Shown: one piece after another, positions 10,453 through 21,445 of the stretch | Layout: each line of letters opens with the position of its first letter | Position numbering within the stretch: position 1 is the first letter of the stretch | From: Blepharisma stoltei ATCC 30299 | Taxonomy: Eukaryota; Protista; Ciliophora | NCBI GenBank assembly: GCA_965603825.1 | Contig: CBFDEM010000012.1 | Coordinates: forward strand, 372,001-436,000 | DNA length: 64,000 bases | Direction of reading: 5' to 3' | Translations under genes and position numbers: made by a program | Notes under the pieces: generated by a model | What the model saw: the letters and a program-made list of their open reading frames with translations, nothing else | Databases searched by the model: none | What the model was told of the DNA's origin: nothing

Positions 10453-13400
10453 TTATCCACGAATAGCTAAATTTTCAGCCTGAATCTTCCTAGTAGTTTT
10501 TCTTCTCATCAAACCGGTAACTCCCTTGTCCGCTTCAGCACTTGTAAGAGGTGCTTCAGAAATCTTGAAGCATTTGAATGGTGTAGTTGGCATCAGTCTC
10601 ACTAAAAGTCCGAATAAGAGCCCTCCAATGCCTATAGCAATGCAAATTCCGTGTTGCTCTAGGGTAAGTGGCGAACATCTGACGGGCTCTCCACCAACAG
10701 TGACAAGGAGAATTTGGACCAAGATGGTCATGATGATAATGAACAAGAAAATCCAATTGTTGAAAAATCCATGGAAAATGTTAAGTTCGTCGGATTTGAG
10801 TTTCCTGCAGTGGATTTCGTTGAAAACTTGGAGGAAAACGAAAGTGTTGAAGAAAAGGGTGAAGTGGACGCCATTTTCTTCAGTCCATGCTTCATCGACA
10901 TCAAGGCCAGATTGGACTCCGAAAATTTCAGGACCGAGGAATAGAATTATCAAAAGCCAAACTGATTGATAGAAAGATTGTCCAATAATATTCTTCATCA
11001 TTTCTGGGGTGACCAAAGAATCTTCAGTCTTATTAGGTTTCCTATTCAAAAGTGAGTCATTTGGAGGTTCAGTCGCTAATGCAAGTGCCGCAAAAGTGTC
11101 CATAATAAGGTTGACCCACAACATTTGCACAGCAGTCAATGGCGATTTTTGGGTGATTGCAGCTCCAATAAAGCTTAAAACTAAAGCTACAATATTAACA
11201 GTCAGCTGGAACTGAATAAATTTGCTGATACAATCGTAGATATTGCGACCAAATTTGATAGCGGTCACAATTGAGGCGAAGTTATCGTCAAGCAGAACAA
11301 TATCAGAGGCTTCTTGGGCAAGCTGAGTGCCAGCTTCATGCATAGCAAAGCCTACGTTTGATTTTTTGAGGGCTGGAGCATCATTTGAGCCATCTCCAGT
11401 TACTGCAACCACTTCTCCAAGCTGACGAAGGCCAGTTACCAATATAAATTTATCTTCAGGGGAAGACCTTGATAGGACTCTGAGCTTGCTTACAATTTTG
11501 GTAAATTCAGGCATGTTTCCGACAATCTTGTTTCTCGGGCGTTTATCTTTCTCAGATGGGTTATCATTCGGGTCGTCAATTAATTTTCCGACTCTTTCTC
11601 TGAATTCTGACCCAAGCATAACGGTATCGTCATCTGGGGAGTCTTTTTTGTAGTTTTTAGGCAAAATGTTGCATTTTCTAGCAATTGCAACCGCAGTTTC
11701 AATGTTATCACCAGTGACCATTCTTACAGTGATGCCAGCATTTTGACAGACTTCGACTGCGTGTGGGACTTCTTCACGAAGAGGGTCTTCAATTCCACAG
11801 ATGCAAAGCAAAGTTAGATTGCTTTCTAAATGAGCTTGGTTGATCTCATCCTCATCATTGAATACATGGAAGTTTCTATCAACATGTTTGTAGGCTAAAG
11901 TAAGAGTTCTATATGCTCGGCCTGCATAATCAGTTATGGTAGCGTTCATTTCTTGTTTATCATGCTCAGTGATGTCGTGCTCAATGCCATCTTTTCCAAC
12001 AACTTTGGAGCACATTCCGAGAACAGTTTCACTGGCGCCTTTGACAAGGACAATGTAGCCATCTCCTTTTTTGAGGACTGTGACCATTCTTTTCAGTTTT
12101 GAGCTGAAAGGAACTTGAGCAGCAATTAAATCTAAATCTCTGACATCAGCATAATTAGTCCCTAAAATAGCTGCCAGCTTTAAAAGGGCAATTTCAGTTC
12201 TCGACCCTGTGAATTTTTCTTTTTTCTTATCCTTTTCTACGTCAACAGTAATAGATGCAGTTGAGTTATGGCAAAAATGCTCGCAGAGAAGTGCTTTTAC
12301 TGCAGGGCTGAATTCTGATGGCTTAATGCTCTCGATTTTTCTCTTTTCACAGTACATAGCAACAACTTCCATAATATTTTTGGTCAAAGTTCCAGTTTTG
12401 TCTGAGCAAATGGCAGTAGCTTGTCCCATAGTTTCTGAGGCGTCCAAATGTCTGACTAAGTTGTTTTGCTTTTTCATCTGGTTAACTGAATAAGCCAAAC
12501 TTATAGTCACAGCCAATGGGAGACCTTCAGGAACAGCTACGACTACAATGGTGACAGCGATGATAAAGCTTGAAATTAGCTTGCTCCAGCTGTCATCAGT
12601 CCAGCCATTATCAATTGTATGGACTACCAAGTAGATAATAAGAACTCCAAAGGTAAGTAAAGCAACAATGAGGCCTACTTTTCCAATTCCTGAGGCGATT
12701 CTATTGAGTTTCATTTGCAGAGGAGTTTCTGATTCGTCTTCTTGCTGCATAAGCTCAATGTTTTTGCCTTGGAAGCTTCTCTTGCCGACAGCAACAACCA
12801 TGGCTGTTCCTGATCCTTCTTCTACTTGTGAGCCTGATAATAAGAAAGGTGTCTCTCCATGATCATAGCCTTTTTTAAGAGGCTTCGACTCTCCGGTGAC
12901 TGAGCTTTCGTTTAAAACTAATTGATTAGAGTGGACAACGACGGCATCTACAGGTAAAATGTCTCCAGCTCCAATTTTGATGATATCTCCAACAAGGAGC
13001 TTGAAAACTGAAATCTGGTCTTCCTTATTGTTTTCTCTTGCTCTAAATACGGTGACAAGTCTTTCTTGGGCCTCCTGGTTGAGTTTTCTGAATTGTTTTT
13101 CTTTTACCCAGTTGTTTATTGAGGTTACAAGAACCACAATTACGACAGCGACCAAAATTGCGACACCTTCGAGCCAGCCTTCTTCAGGGTCTTCCCAGAT
13201 CCCTACGACTAATGAAATAAGCGCGGCAGCAATTAAAATCCTTAAAGTTGTGTCTTCTAGGGCTTCCCAAACCATTTCCATGAAAGTGCGCTCCTTTTTA
13301 GCTTGAGGTTTGTTTGAGCCGTAATAGGACTTTCGCTTTTTGATGAGCTCTTTGTCCATGTTGATACCAGCTTTCTTGTCAGTCTTAAGTTTAGCTGCAA

Positions 13401-13581
13401 GGCCGTCAATGCCTCCTAAATTATTTAGCCCTTCTAAACTCTTGCCATGATTAATGTTTTCTAGTATAAAAAAATCACTATATGAAAATTACCATAAGAC
13501 GTCTGGCTTCACATCAAAGTGGTGATGGGAGTCCTCTTCTTTGTTCAAAAGAGGCTCGCTCAACTTACTGTGGCTATCCAT
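10453..13581 (-). CDS. PMCA: Plasma-membrane-type Ca2+-transporting P2B ATPase (PMCA)
   Basis: Motifs DKTGTLT, TGES, PEGLPLAV, KGASE, MVTGDN, TGDGSNDAPALK, QFQLTVN, LALATEPP. Start ATG at 13581 (MDSHSKL...) is joined via the 15-nt intron 13478-13492, giving ...LGGIDGLAAKLKTD... Confidence 0.96.
13478..13492 (-). other. 15-nt spliceosomal intron
   Basis: Sequence gtaattttcAtatag on the minus strand. Retention gives an in-frame TAA; removal restores the PMCA N-terminus. Confidence 0.9.
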
Positions 13582-13814
13582 TTTTAAGTATAAGCAAGAT
13601 TATAATAGGCGTTGCTGACTAACTTAAAATGGCTGACTATTTTACCCTTCTTGGCTAAAATTTAATAGCATCAATTTTTTACTGAATTTCTGATAATGCT
13701 GAAATTTTAATTTAAAGAATTTATTCTAAACAAGTTTAGTAGGTCTTTATGAAAGCTGAAAGCATAGCCAGTAGTTTAGTTTTAAATTTTAAAATGAAAT
13801 TATTTATTCTAAGT

Positions 13815-14603
13815 TTATCGGGGATTTTGAAACAGCAGATTCGCAGCTAGTTCTTTATTCTTCCCAGATGAGAGATATGCTTCTATCGCATCTTGAGCTG
13901 AAAACCCTAGTGCCATAAGTTCCCTGATCTCGTCTTCTTCAGCTTTTGTCAGCTCAATTTCAGTTCCCGATTCAGCTCCCCGAATCAATTCTAAAAATTC
14001 CCTTTGGTTCCTTGAAATAAGTTCGAACAGTTCGTTATTTTGCGTTTCTAGCTGATTTAAAAAAGGCTCAAGTTCTCTCGGGTTTGCCCGAATTATCTCA
14101 ACTATATTCAAAAATTCTGGGCTTTGCATTAAAAAATCAAAAGTTCCTGCAGTGGGGGGATCTTGAAGCTCTGGAATAGCTCCTGATAGCAAAAAATCGA
14201 TCGCTCTATTTATATCTTGGTTAGTTGCTGATAAAGCTCTAATAGAGTCTTCACGAGAAAAATTCATGCCTACTAAAATTGATATGTTTTCTTCCGAAGG
14301 CTGAGGATTTTGAAGCTCAGGGATGTTTTGAGGCTGTACTGGAGGAAGATCTTGATGAACTACAGTAGGCTCTTTAGGTTTTGGCTTTGATGCTACTATG
14401 ACTATTGCACTGCCTGATGTTATCTGATACTCTTCAAGAATTTTGGAGTCATCAAGAATTCTGCCTTTAAACAGGAGCTTAAGAAGATGAACTTCAAGGC
14501 CTTTTTGGGCCGAAACTAATTGTTTAAGATCATGTACTGTAAGTGTTGGCTCAACTTCAAGAGTTGATTGAGAGCTTGACAAATCTTTGAGTATGATTTG
14601 CAT
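13815..14603 (-). CDS. RAD23: RAD23-family ubiquitin receptor (UbL-UBA-XPC binding-UBA)
   Basis: N-terminal UbL (LKLLFKGRILDD), UBA1 (MNFSREDSIRAL...RAIDFLLSG), STI1/XPC-binding (FDFLMQSPEF...NPRELEPFL..L...N.EL..LI..NQREF) and UBA2 (LMALGF....IEAYL...KNKELAANLLF). Confidence 0.9.
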   Translation of the reverse strand: MQIILKDLSSSQSTLEVEPTLTVHDLKQLVSAQKGLEVHLLKLLFKGRILDDSKILEEYQITSGSAIVIVASKPKPKEPTVVHQDLPPVQPQNIPELQNPQPSEENISILVGMNFSREDSIRALSATNQDINRAIDFLLSGAIPELQDPPTAGTFDFLMQSPEFLNIVEIIRANPRELEPFLNQLETQNNELFELISRNQREFLELIRGAESGTEIELTKAEEDEIRELMALGFSAQDAIEAYLSSGKNKELAANLLFQNPR

Positions 14604-14874
14604 TTTTGATACAGATTTTATAAGGATTCAATATGGGACTCAAATTTGTAAACTAATAGACATCAAAATTGGAGTTTAGCACTACAGAAGATATGAGTTA
14701 AATTTAAATAATCTAGTGTAAATAGCCTTAAATTCTATTAATATTAAAATAATTTCAATTTTCTACTATTCTATAGCTTATGATGCAATTACCTTATTTT
14801 TTAATGAGATTATCTATGTGGTTAAGTAAAATTCAGGCATCTCTTAAATTTTTTATGACATAAAAAATAGTCAT

Positions 14875-15330
14875 ATGGAAATCGAATACAAGCCATATAC
14901 AGAAGAAAGCCAACTCACTGATATCATGAGAATGATTGACGCTGAGCTTTCAGAGCCATATAGTATTTTCACCTATCGATATTTTCTATATGCATGGCCT
15001 CATCTATCAATTCTTACTTACAAAGAAAACGAATTAATCGGAGTAATCGTATGTAAAGCAGAAGAACACAAAAAAGTGATGAGAGGATATATAGCTATGC
15101 TTGCGGTAAAGCAAGAATATAGAAGGCAAGGCATTGGAAAAGAATTAGTAGCTAAAGCTATTCAAAAAATGAAAGATGATGGAGTGGAAGAAGTCACATT
15201 GGAAGCAGAGAGCACAAATTCTGCAGCGTTGAGGCTATATGAAGGCTTTGGGTTTGTCAGGGATAAAAGGCTTCAGGCTTATTATTTGAATGGAAATGAT
15301 GCATTTAGACTCAAGCTTTGGCTAAAATAA
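14875..15330 (+). CDS. NAA30: N-alpha-acetyltransferase 30 (NatC catalytic subunit, Mak3)
   Basis: Motifs [22 protein letters not shown]...[35 protein letters not shown]. Confidence 0.95.
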   Translation: MEIEYKPYTEESQLTDIMRMIDAELSEPYSIFTYRYFLYAWPHLSILTYKENELIGVIVCKAEEHKKVMRGYIAMLAVKQEYRRQGIGKELVAKAIQKMKDDGVEEVTLEAESTNSAALRLYEGFGFVRDKRLQAYYLNGNDAFRLKLWLK

Positions 15331-15375
15331 ATAATATTAGTTTAAGTTTTTCACAGTGTAATTTCATATAGAAAA

Positions 15376-15972
15376 ATGAAGGAAAATTCTAATGATATTA
15401 TACCAAAAATTGATTCGCCAGTTTTAAAAGTGATTATTTCGAATGGCTTTGCACCATCTGAGCCTGCAAAGCAATCTTATATACCTCCTAGTTTTATTGA
15501 AGATCTTCAAACAAAAGCTAGTCGCTCTTTAAAGAGATTTCGCAAACTCCCAATTGAAAAATATTCACATAATGCCGATGATTTCGCAATAAAGTTCAAA
15601 AATTTTTTATCAACAACTCCTTTACGTCAGCCAAGCTTAACTGAAAGAAATACAAAAATTGCTAAGAAATACAAGCCATTAAAAGAAACTATTCCAGAAA
15701 GAACAGAGTCTGCAACTCCATTTTCTAATATGATACGGGCAGAGAAATTAATTACAAAAAATACTGTCGAAATCGATTATTTAAAATCAAACAAAGTCCA
15801 TATAAATTTAAACAAAGGTGAAAATGATGATCATTTATTTTACCAAAATTTAAAAAATTCTATCCATAAGAAAATTAGGTGGAAAACTCCAACCTTGCAG
15901 AAAAATGATAATTATGAGTTCAGGATTGAAGGAAAAAGCAAAATTCTTAATAGAAATACGAATAAAAATTAA
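15376..15972 (+). CDS. Hypothetical basic, probably disordered protein (198 aa)
   Basis: Uninterrupted ATG-to-TAA ORF that fills the gap between NAA30 and the next gene. Confidence 0.65.
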   Translation: MKENSNDIIPKIDSPVLKVIISNGFAPSEPAKQSYIPPSFIEDLQTKASRSLKRFRKLPIEKYSHNADDFAIKFKNFLSTTPLRQPSLTERNTKIAKKYKPLKETIPERTESATPFSNMIRAEKLITKNTVEIDYLKSNKVHINLNKGENDDHLFYQNLKNSIHKKIRWKTPTLQKNDNYEFRIEGKSKILNRNTNKN

Positions 15973-15980
15973 CGTTAAAT

Positions 15981-17462
15981 ATGCCTGTGCATTTAAAAGG
16001 GATAGTCTTAGGAGATTCTGAGACTGGAAAATCAAGTTTTCTGCAAGCAATTTGCTCGAATAAAGCAAATTTGCAAGATTTTCAAGTAGAAACAATTGAC
16101 CCAGCTACAAAAACTAGCTTAGTTTTTCATCTAGAAGAAGCAAATCAATTTTTGAATGGGCTTACACAATATCCTTGCATATTTCTTATGTATTCGCTGG
16201 CCAATTATGCATCCTTTTTGTCAGTAAAAGAAAACTGACTTCCGCAAGTTCTTTCTACTATAAAAAATGATTTTTCATTTATTATCATAATTGGGACACA
16301 CAATGATCTTATCAATGAGCGAGAAGTCGACTCACAAGAAGCCGAAGAATTTGCTACCTCAAATGGTGTTTTTCATATGGAAATTTCTTCTATAAATAGA
16401 AGAAACATTGAGCTGACTTTAAAAGTCATGAGAATTCGCGCAACCTATTTAATAAAAAAGCACCCAGAGATGACAGACCTACAGCCAGAAAATGATTTTG
16501 TTAATATTTCAAGTCCAAAAGCATCAGAAATAAGTGAAGAAGTAGAAAGGAATGTAGATATAATTGACGAGTTTAGTTTATATCACATCGAGGAAAATAA
16601 TTTGCATCTTGAAAATGAATTTAACAAGTGTCAAAATATTATTACAGATATTCCAATGTCTTTTAGCGATTATAAAGAAATGAAAAAGAAAAAAGATCGC
16701 TATGAAAAATGCAAGGATGGAGTCTTAGCTGAAATTCCTATTAATATTCTTAATGAAAAGTCAAAAGCCCAAGTATTTGAAGAGAATATTAGTTTTGCTA
16801 ATATCAGCGAAATATCAAAGGAAGAATTCAATTTTTCAGAGACCGTGGAAGACTTTTTCCCTGATGCTTATGAAAATATGGATAGATTAGAAGATTGCCC
16901 TATAAATATTGAAACCCTAGGTAGCCCTTCATGGCAGAAACAACGGAAAGTGCCACCTTTGACGATTATATCGCAGCCTTCAATGATATCTATGTGCCCA
17001 CCAAAAACAGAAAGAAGGACAGCCCCTAATACTCAGATTAACAGCGGTCATAATACAGAAAGAATTATAAAAGACCCTCTTTTGTTTTTAGATGTGAAAA
17101 CAAAAGATGGAATTAAAAGAATAAATGTATACCCAGGAGATACTGCTCAAAATTTAGCTGAAACTATATTAGGAAATTGTCCTGAAGCAGAAGATTTAGG
17201 CAATTTAATCGAGAACGAAATCAATAAATATTGCAATGAAATCAGAAGTATCCAGAATTCAAAGAAAAATAAAATTTTATATAAAGTTAATGTGAGGCTT
17301 GGAGAAAAAGCACTTGAAATTGTGGTAAAGGAAGGTGATAAGGTTGAAGATTTAGCTAAAAAATTCGTAGAAAGTAATAAGCTTTCAAGAGATGTTGAAG
17401 CAACTGTGTTTAAATTGCTTATTGAAGCTGAAAAAAGACAGAAAAAATCTAAAGCAATTTAA
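15981..17462 (+). CDS. Degenerate Rab/Ras-like GTPase domain with long C-terminal extension (493 aa)
   Basis: Joined via TGA 16236-16238 (SFLSVKENWLPQV, the usual Rab/Rho Trp). P-loop GDSETGKSS, then IIIIGTHNDL...REVDSQEAEEFA...FHMEISS. Confidence 0.75.
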
Positions 17463-17572
17463 TGTAAATTATTTCTAAAGCAACGCCTAACAGAATAGCT
17501 ATTTAATAAGTTATGTAAAACTTAAGGAATAAGTAAAAGTGAATGGGTTGATAAAGTTTTATTCTATGCAAT

Positions 17573-17578
17573 AAAAAA
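17573..17578 (-). terminator. RNA polymerase III oligo-T terminator of tRNA-Asn
   Basis: T6 run immediately after the discriminator base on the minus strand. Confidence 0.8.
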
Positions 17579-17651
17579 CGCTTCCACCTGGGTTTGAACC
17601 AGGGACCTTTTGGTTAACAGCCAAATGCTCTGCCGGCTGAGCTATGAAAGC
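17579..17651 (-). tRNA. trnN-GTT: tRNA-Asn (anticodon GTT)
   Basis: GCTTTCA TA GCTC AGCCGGCA GAGC A TTTGG CT-GTT-AA CCAAA AGGTC CCTGG TTCAAAC CCAGG TGGAAGC G. This is a 73-nt cloverleaf with all stems pairing and no encoded CCA. Confidence 0.97.
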
Positions 17652-18165
17652 AGGTTAACAGCATTCACATAGTTCTCATTAAATAGTTATCTCCTTTTTG
17701 TATAGTGGACTGTAAGTTTGATAAAATATCTCAGCGCTAAAACCTAATTTAATTTTCCATTTCATTTAGATTTTTAAAGCGAAAAAATGTGTTATTAAAA
17801 TAAATCATTTTGAATATTTATATTTAAATATCTAAAATTAATGTATTTATTGCTAAAGATATTAATTTAATTTCAATAAAATTTAATTAAAGGGTAAATT
17901 AACAGAATATGATTGCCATAGGATTCATTAATCTACTTTAAAAATTTCCTGCTTAGGTTTATAAAACTTCTTTGCCTAATATCACTTAATAGAAGCTCAA
18001 ATGTCTTGAATTAAAATATAATACTTATATCTATTTCCAAGCAATAGCAATAGCATTTATTAGCTGCAATTCACAAATGAAAATATTTAACTTTGAAGTC
18101 TTCAAAGAATATTTACAAAAATACCATTATTCCAGTGTTTTTCTTTATCAGTTGTTTAATAATTT

Positions 18166-21045
18166 ATGTTTAGAAAAGCTGCGAGGCTCAGTTCGTGGTT
18201 ATCGTTTAATTATCGACCTGTGCGACCCACTGGGACTTTTTATCTGACTCAAATGTACGATACTTGGCTCAAAGACCCTAACTCGGTTCATGAATCTTGG
18301 AGAAATTACTTCAGTCGTGCAGACAGCCAAGTCCTTGAAAAACTAAGTCAACAATCTTCATTTGGTGACCTTAGGGAAGAAGCTAAAGAAGTTATAAAAA
18401 TTTCCTTGCTGCACCGTGCTTTCCAAATCCATGGATTTATGCTTGCAGACCTAGACCCACTTAAACTCCACTCATTAGTTCATGACCATGGCGTCGATGT
18501 CAGACTACCAGGGCCAATTCGTCTGGAGAACTACCATTTCTCCCCAGAAGACATGGAAAAGACCTACGATATCAGCAATCATATGATAACTGGGTTCACC
18601 TCATTAAACAGTCCTTCCCATGGAAAATGGAAACTTAAAGATTTCATTGAAAAACTCAAAAAAGCCTACTGCTCAAACATAGGGTTTGAATTTTTCCACA
18701 TTCCTTTCAGGGATGAAACTAACTGGATGATTGAGAGGATCGAAAAAGATCATCAATTTAACTATAGTGCTGACCAAAAGAAAAGTTTACTGAAAAAATT
18801 AGCCAGAGCTGAACTATTGGAAAAGTTTCTGCATAAAAAGTTCACCACTCACAAGAGATTTGGCTTAGATGGTCTTGAGTCATTAATTTTATCAGTAGAA
18901 GCTGTTATTGAAAGAGCAGTCGATCAAGGAATTGATACTTTTGTTATTGGAATGCCGCATAGAGGAAGACTAAACATGCTTGCCAACGTCTGTGGAAGTT
19001 CTTTAACTGACATGTTTGGCATGTTTTTAGGGTCCAATGCTAGACTCTTAGAAGAAGGCGATGTGAAATATCATTTAGGTCATACTGCAATCAGAACAAT
19101 CAATGGAAAATCAGCTACAATCAGCCTCTTAGCCAATCCTTCACATCTAGAAGCTGTCGATACAGTAGCAGTCGGCAAAGCCCACGCTATGCAGTTTTAC
19201 CAAAACAGCCCAGATAGAACCATGTGCATTCTTATTCATGGTGACGCAGCTTTAGCAGGGCAAGGCGTCGTTTTTGAGCAAATTCAAATGGAAGACTTAT
19301 ATGATTATAGCACTGGAGGCGTTATTCATATAGTAGCAAACAACAATATAGGTTTCACCACCACTCCTAGAGAAGCAAGATCTGGACTCTTCCCTACAGA
19401 AATCGCAAAATCTATATCAGCCCCAATTATCCATGTTAATGGTGACTGCCCTGAAGAAGTCGACTACGTCTCTCGGATGGCTTGCGACTGGCGTAGAGAA
19501 TTCGGAAAAAGCATATTTATTGATATCATTGGGTATCGAAGGTATGGACACAATGAGCTGGATGAGCCGCTTTTTACAAACCCTAAGATGTACCAGATTA
19601 TCAGTAAGCATGAGTCTTGCTATGATCTCTATTCAAAGAAGCTGATTAATGAAAAAATTTTGTCTGGAGAAGAAGCTACAAGTCTAACCCAGTCTGTTTT
19701 AAATGACTATGAATCTTCATTTAGCACTGCTAAAGAATTCAGTGAAGACGAGTTGAAAAACCGAAATAAAAACTACACTGAGTGGTCACCTATAAAAACA
19801 GCTCAAAGAGATCCAAGAAGAACTGGAGTTTCAGTTGATAGAATCAGAGAACTTGGCCTTCAAATCAATACAATTCCTGAAGAATTTCATGCCCATCCAA
19901 GTATAACCAAAATTTTCAAACAAAGATACAACTCTATCGAAAACGGAAGAGGAATTGATTGGGCCACTGCAGAAGCTTTGGCTTGGGCAAGCCTACTAGC
20001 AGATGATGGTGTCCATGTACGAATCAGCGGAGAAGACGTCCAAAGAGGCACTTTTTCACAAAGACACGCAGTTATACATGACCAAAAAAATGAAAAGACC
20101 TATGCCCCTCTTAACTTTTTAGCTAAAAATCAAGCCAAGTTTACAGCAGTGAATTCCTTATTAAGTGAAATGGGAGTTTTAGGTTTTGAGTATGGGTTTG
20201 CTTTAGCCAACCCTAATGCCCTTGTCTTATGGGAAGCCCAGTTCGGTGATTTCGCTAATGGTGCACAAATTATCATAGACCAATTTATTACAAGTGGTGA
20301 AGCCAAGTGGGGTCAAGAAGCTGGACTTGTCATTTTATTACCTCACGGCTATGATGGCCAGGGCTCTGAGCACTCCTGTGGTAGAATCGAGCGTATTTTG
20401 CAGCTCTCTGCAGACGATCCTAACAATATCCCAACAGACTGGATCGTCGAAGGTATGCAGATTTACCACAACAACATCCAAGTTGTCATGCCGAGCAACC
20501 CTGCGAACTATTTCCATATGCTGCGTCGACAAATTCGCAGAGAATTCCGTAAGCCTTTATTTGTGTTTTCTCCAAAGCGTCTATTGAGGCATAAAGAAGC
20601 TGTTTCTACAATCGAAGAATTCAATAACGATAGAGTTAGCAGAGCTTATGACGACCCTAGCAAAGATTTGGTAGAAAATGAAAAAATAAGGAAAGTAATT
20701 TTCTGCTCTGGGCAGGTTTACTATGACTTGGTGGAAGAAAGAAGAAAAAGAGACATAAAAGATATTGCTATTTGCAGAATTGAACAAATTGCGCCATTCC
20801 CGTTTGATAGGGTACAGCATCAGGCTCATAAATATATAAATGCTACATATCATTGGGTACAAGAAGAGCCATTAAATTTAGGTCCTTGGGGATATGTACA
20901 GCCAAGAATTGATACAGCGTTGAAAGCATTAGGGTTTGGCCCAGCTGGTGTAGTTTCAAGGCCTCCATCTGCTGCTGCAGCGAGTGGGTATGCTTCAGTC
21001 CATACCAAGCAACTTATAGAATTATTAGATAAAGCCATGAATTAA
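18166..21045 (+). CDS. OGDH: 2-oxoglutarate dehydrogenase E1, mitochondrial
   Basis: Motifs GMPHRGRLN, GDVKYHLG, ANPSHLEAV, HGDAALAGQG, YRRYGHNE, RGTFSQRH, LWEAQFGDFANGAQ, LPHGYDGQG.EHS, QEEP.N.G.W. Arg/Ser-rich presequence. Confidence 0.97.
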   Translation: MFRKAARLSSWLSFNYRPVRPTGTFYLTQMYDTWLKDPNSVHESWRNYFSRADSQVLEKLSQQSSFGDLREEAKEVIKISLLHRAFQIHGFMLADLDPLKLHSLVHDHGVDVRLPGPIRLENYHFSPEDMEKTYDISNHMITGFTSLNSPSHGKWKLKDFIEKLKKAYCSNIGFEFFHIPFRDETNWMIERIEKDHQFNYSADQKKSLLKKLARAELLEKFLHKKFTTHKRFGLDGLESLILSVEAVIERAVDQGIDTFVIGMPHRGRLNMLANVCGSSLTDMFGMFLGSNARLLEEGDVKYHLGHTAIRTINGKSATISLLANPSHLEAVDTVAVGKAHAMQFYQNSPDRTMCILIHGDAALAGQGVVFEQIQMEDLYDYSTGGVIHIVANNNIGFTTTPREARSGLFPTEIAKSISAPIIHVNGDCPEEVDYVSRMACDWRREFGKSIFIDIIGYRRYGHNELDEPLFTNPKMYQIISKHESCYDLYSKKLINEKILSGEEATSLTQSVLNDYESSFSTAKEFSEDELKNRNKNYTEWSPIKTAQRDPRRTGVSVDRIRELGLQINTIPEEFHAHPSITKIFKQRYNSIENGRGIDWATAEALAWASLLADDGVHVRISGEDVQRGTFSQRHAVIHDQKNEKTYAPLNFLAKNQAKFTAVNSLLSEMGVLGFEYGFALANPNALVLWEAQFGDFANGAQIIIDQFITSGEAKWGQEAGLVILLPHGYDGQGSEHSCGRIERILQLSADDPNNIPTDWIVEGMQIYHNNIQVVMPSNPANYFHMLRRQIRREFRKPLFVFSPKRLLRHKEAVSTIEEFNNDRVSRAYDDPSKDLVENEKIRKVIFCSGQVYYDLVEERRKRDIKDIAICRIEQIAPFPFDRVQHQAHKYINATYHWVQEEPLNLGPWGYVQPRIDTALKALGFGPAGVVSRPPSAAAASGYASVHTKQLIELLDKAMN

Positions 21046-21127
21046 GCTTAGATAATTATCATTTTATGAGCAGTTTCAAAGAAAGGTTTTACATATAAAC
21101 AAATTAAATACATTAAAACGCCGTCCT

Positions 21128-21349
21128 TTAAAAAATATCACTGAACGATTCTGTATCGATTTGAACATACTTTTGATTATTGTTCGATCGAGATGTAGAC
21201 GAAGTTGACCGTGATTCTATGAAATCTCATATATGGAGGATTTGGTCTGGATTGACCTCCACAAAGCGTTGAGAAGCCATTGGAGGAGGAGCTGCTCCTG
21301 TTTGAGGCTTGGTACTGAGTGAGCACATATCCGATTCATTCATTTGCAT
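21128..21349 (-). CDS. Small hypothetical protein (73 aa), visible only with TGA=Trp
   Basis: MQMNESDMCSLSTKPQTGAAPPPMASQRFVEVNPDQILHI-W(TGA 21227-21229)-DFIESRSTSSTSRSNNNQKYVQIDTESFSDIF then TAA. Sits in a GC-richer island with AT-rich flanks. Confidence 0.55.
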
Positions 21350-21445
21350 TATCAGATTTATAAATTTACCACAATTTAGCACTGACAATTTTTAATAACA
21401 ACAAGAAATTTTCTTATGTAAATAAATTAATATTGTAAGACAATG

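Noticed and set aside
10526-13306. Many ORFs antisense to PMCA (and likewise inside OGDH, the coiled-coil gene, ABCC and others)
   Set aside because: They are shadow ORFs opposite strongly supported genes, have no recognisable motifs, and are expected from codon bias.
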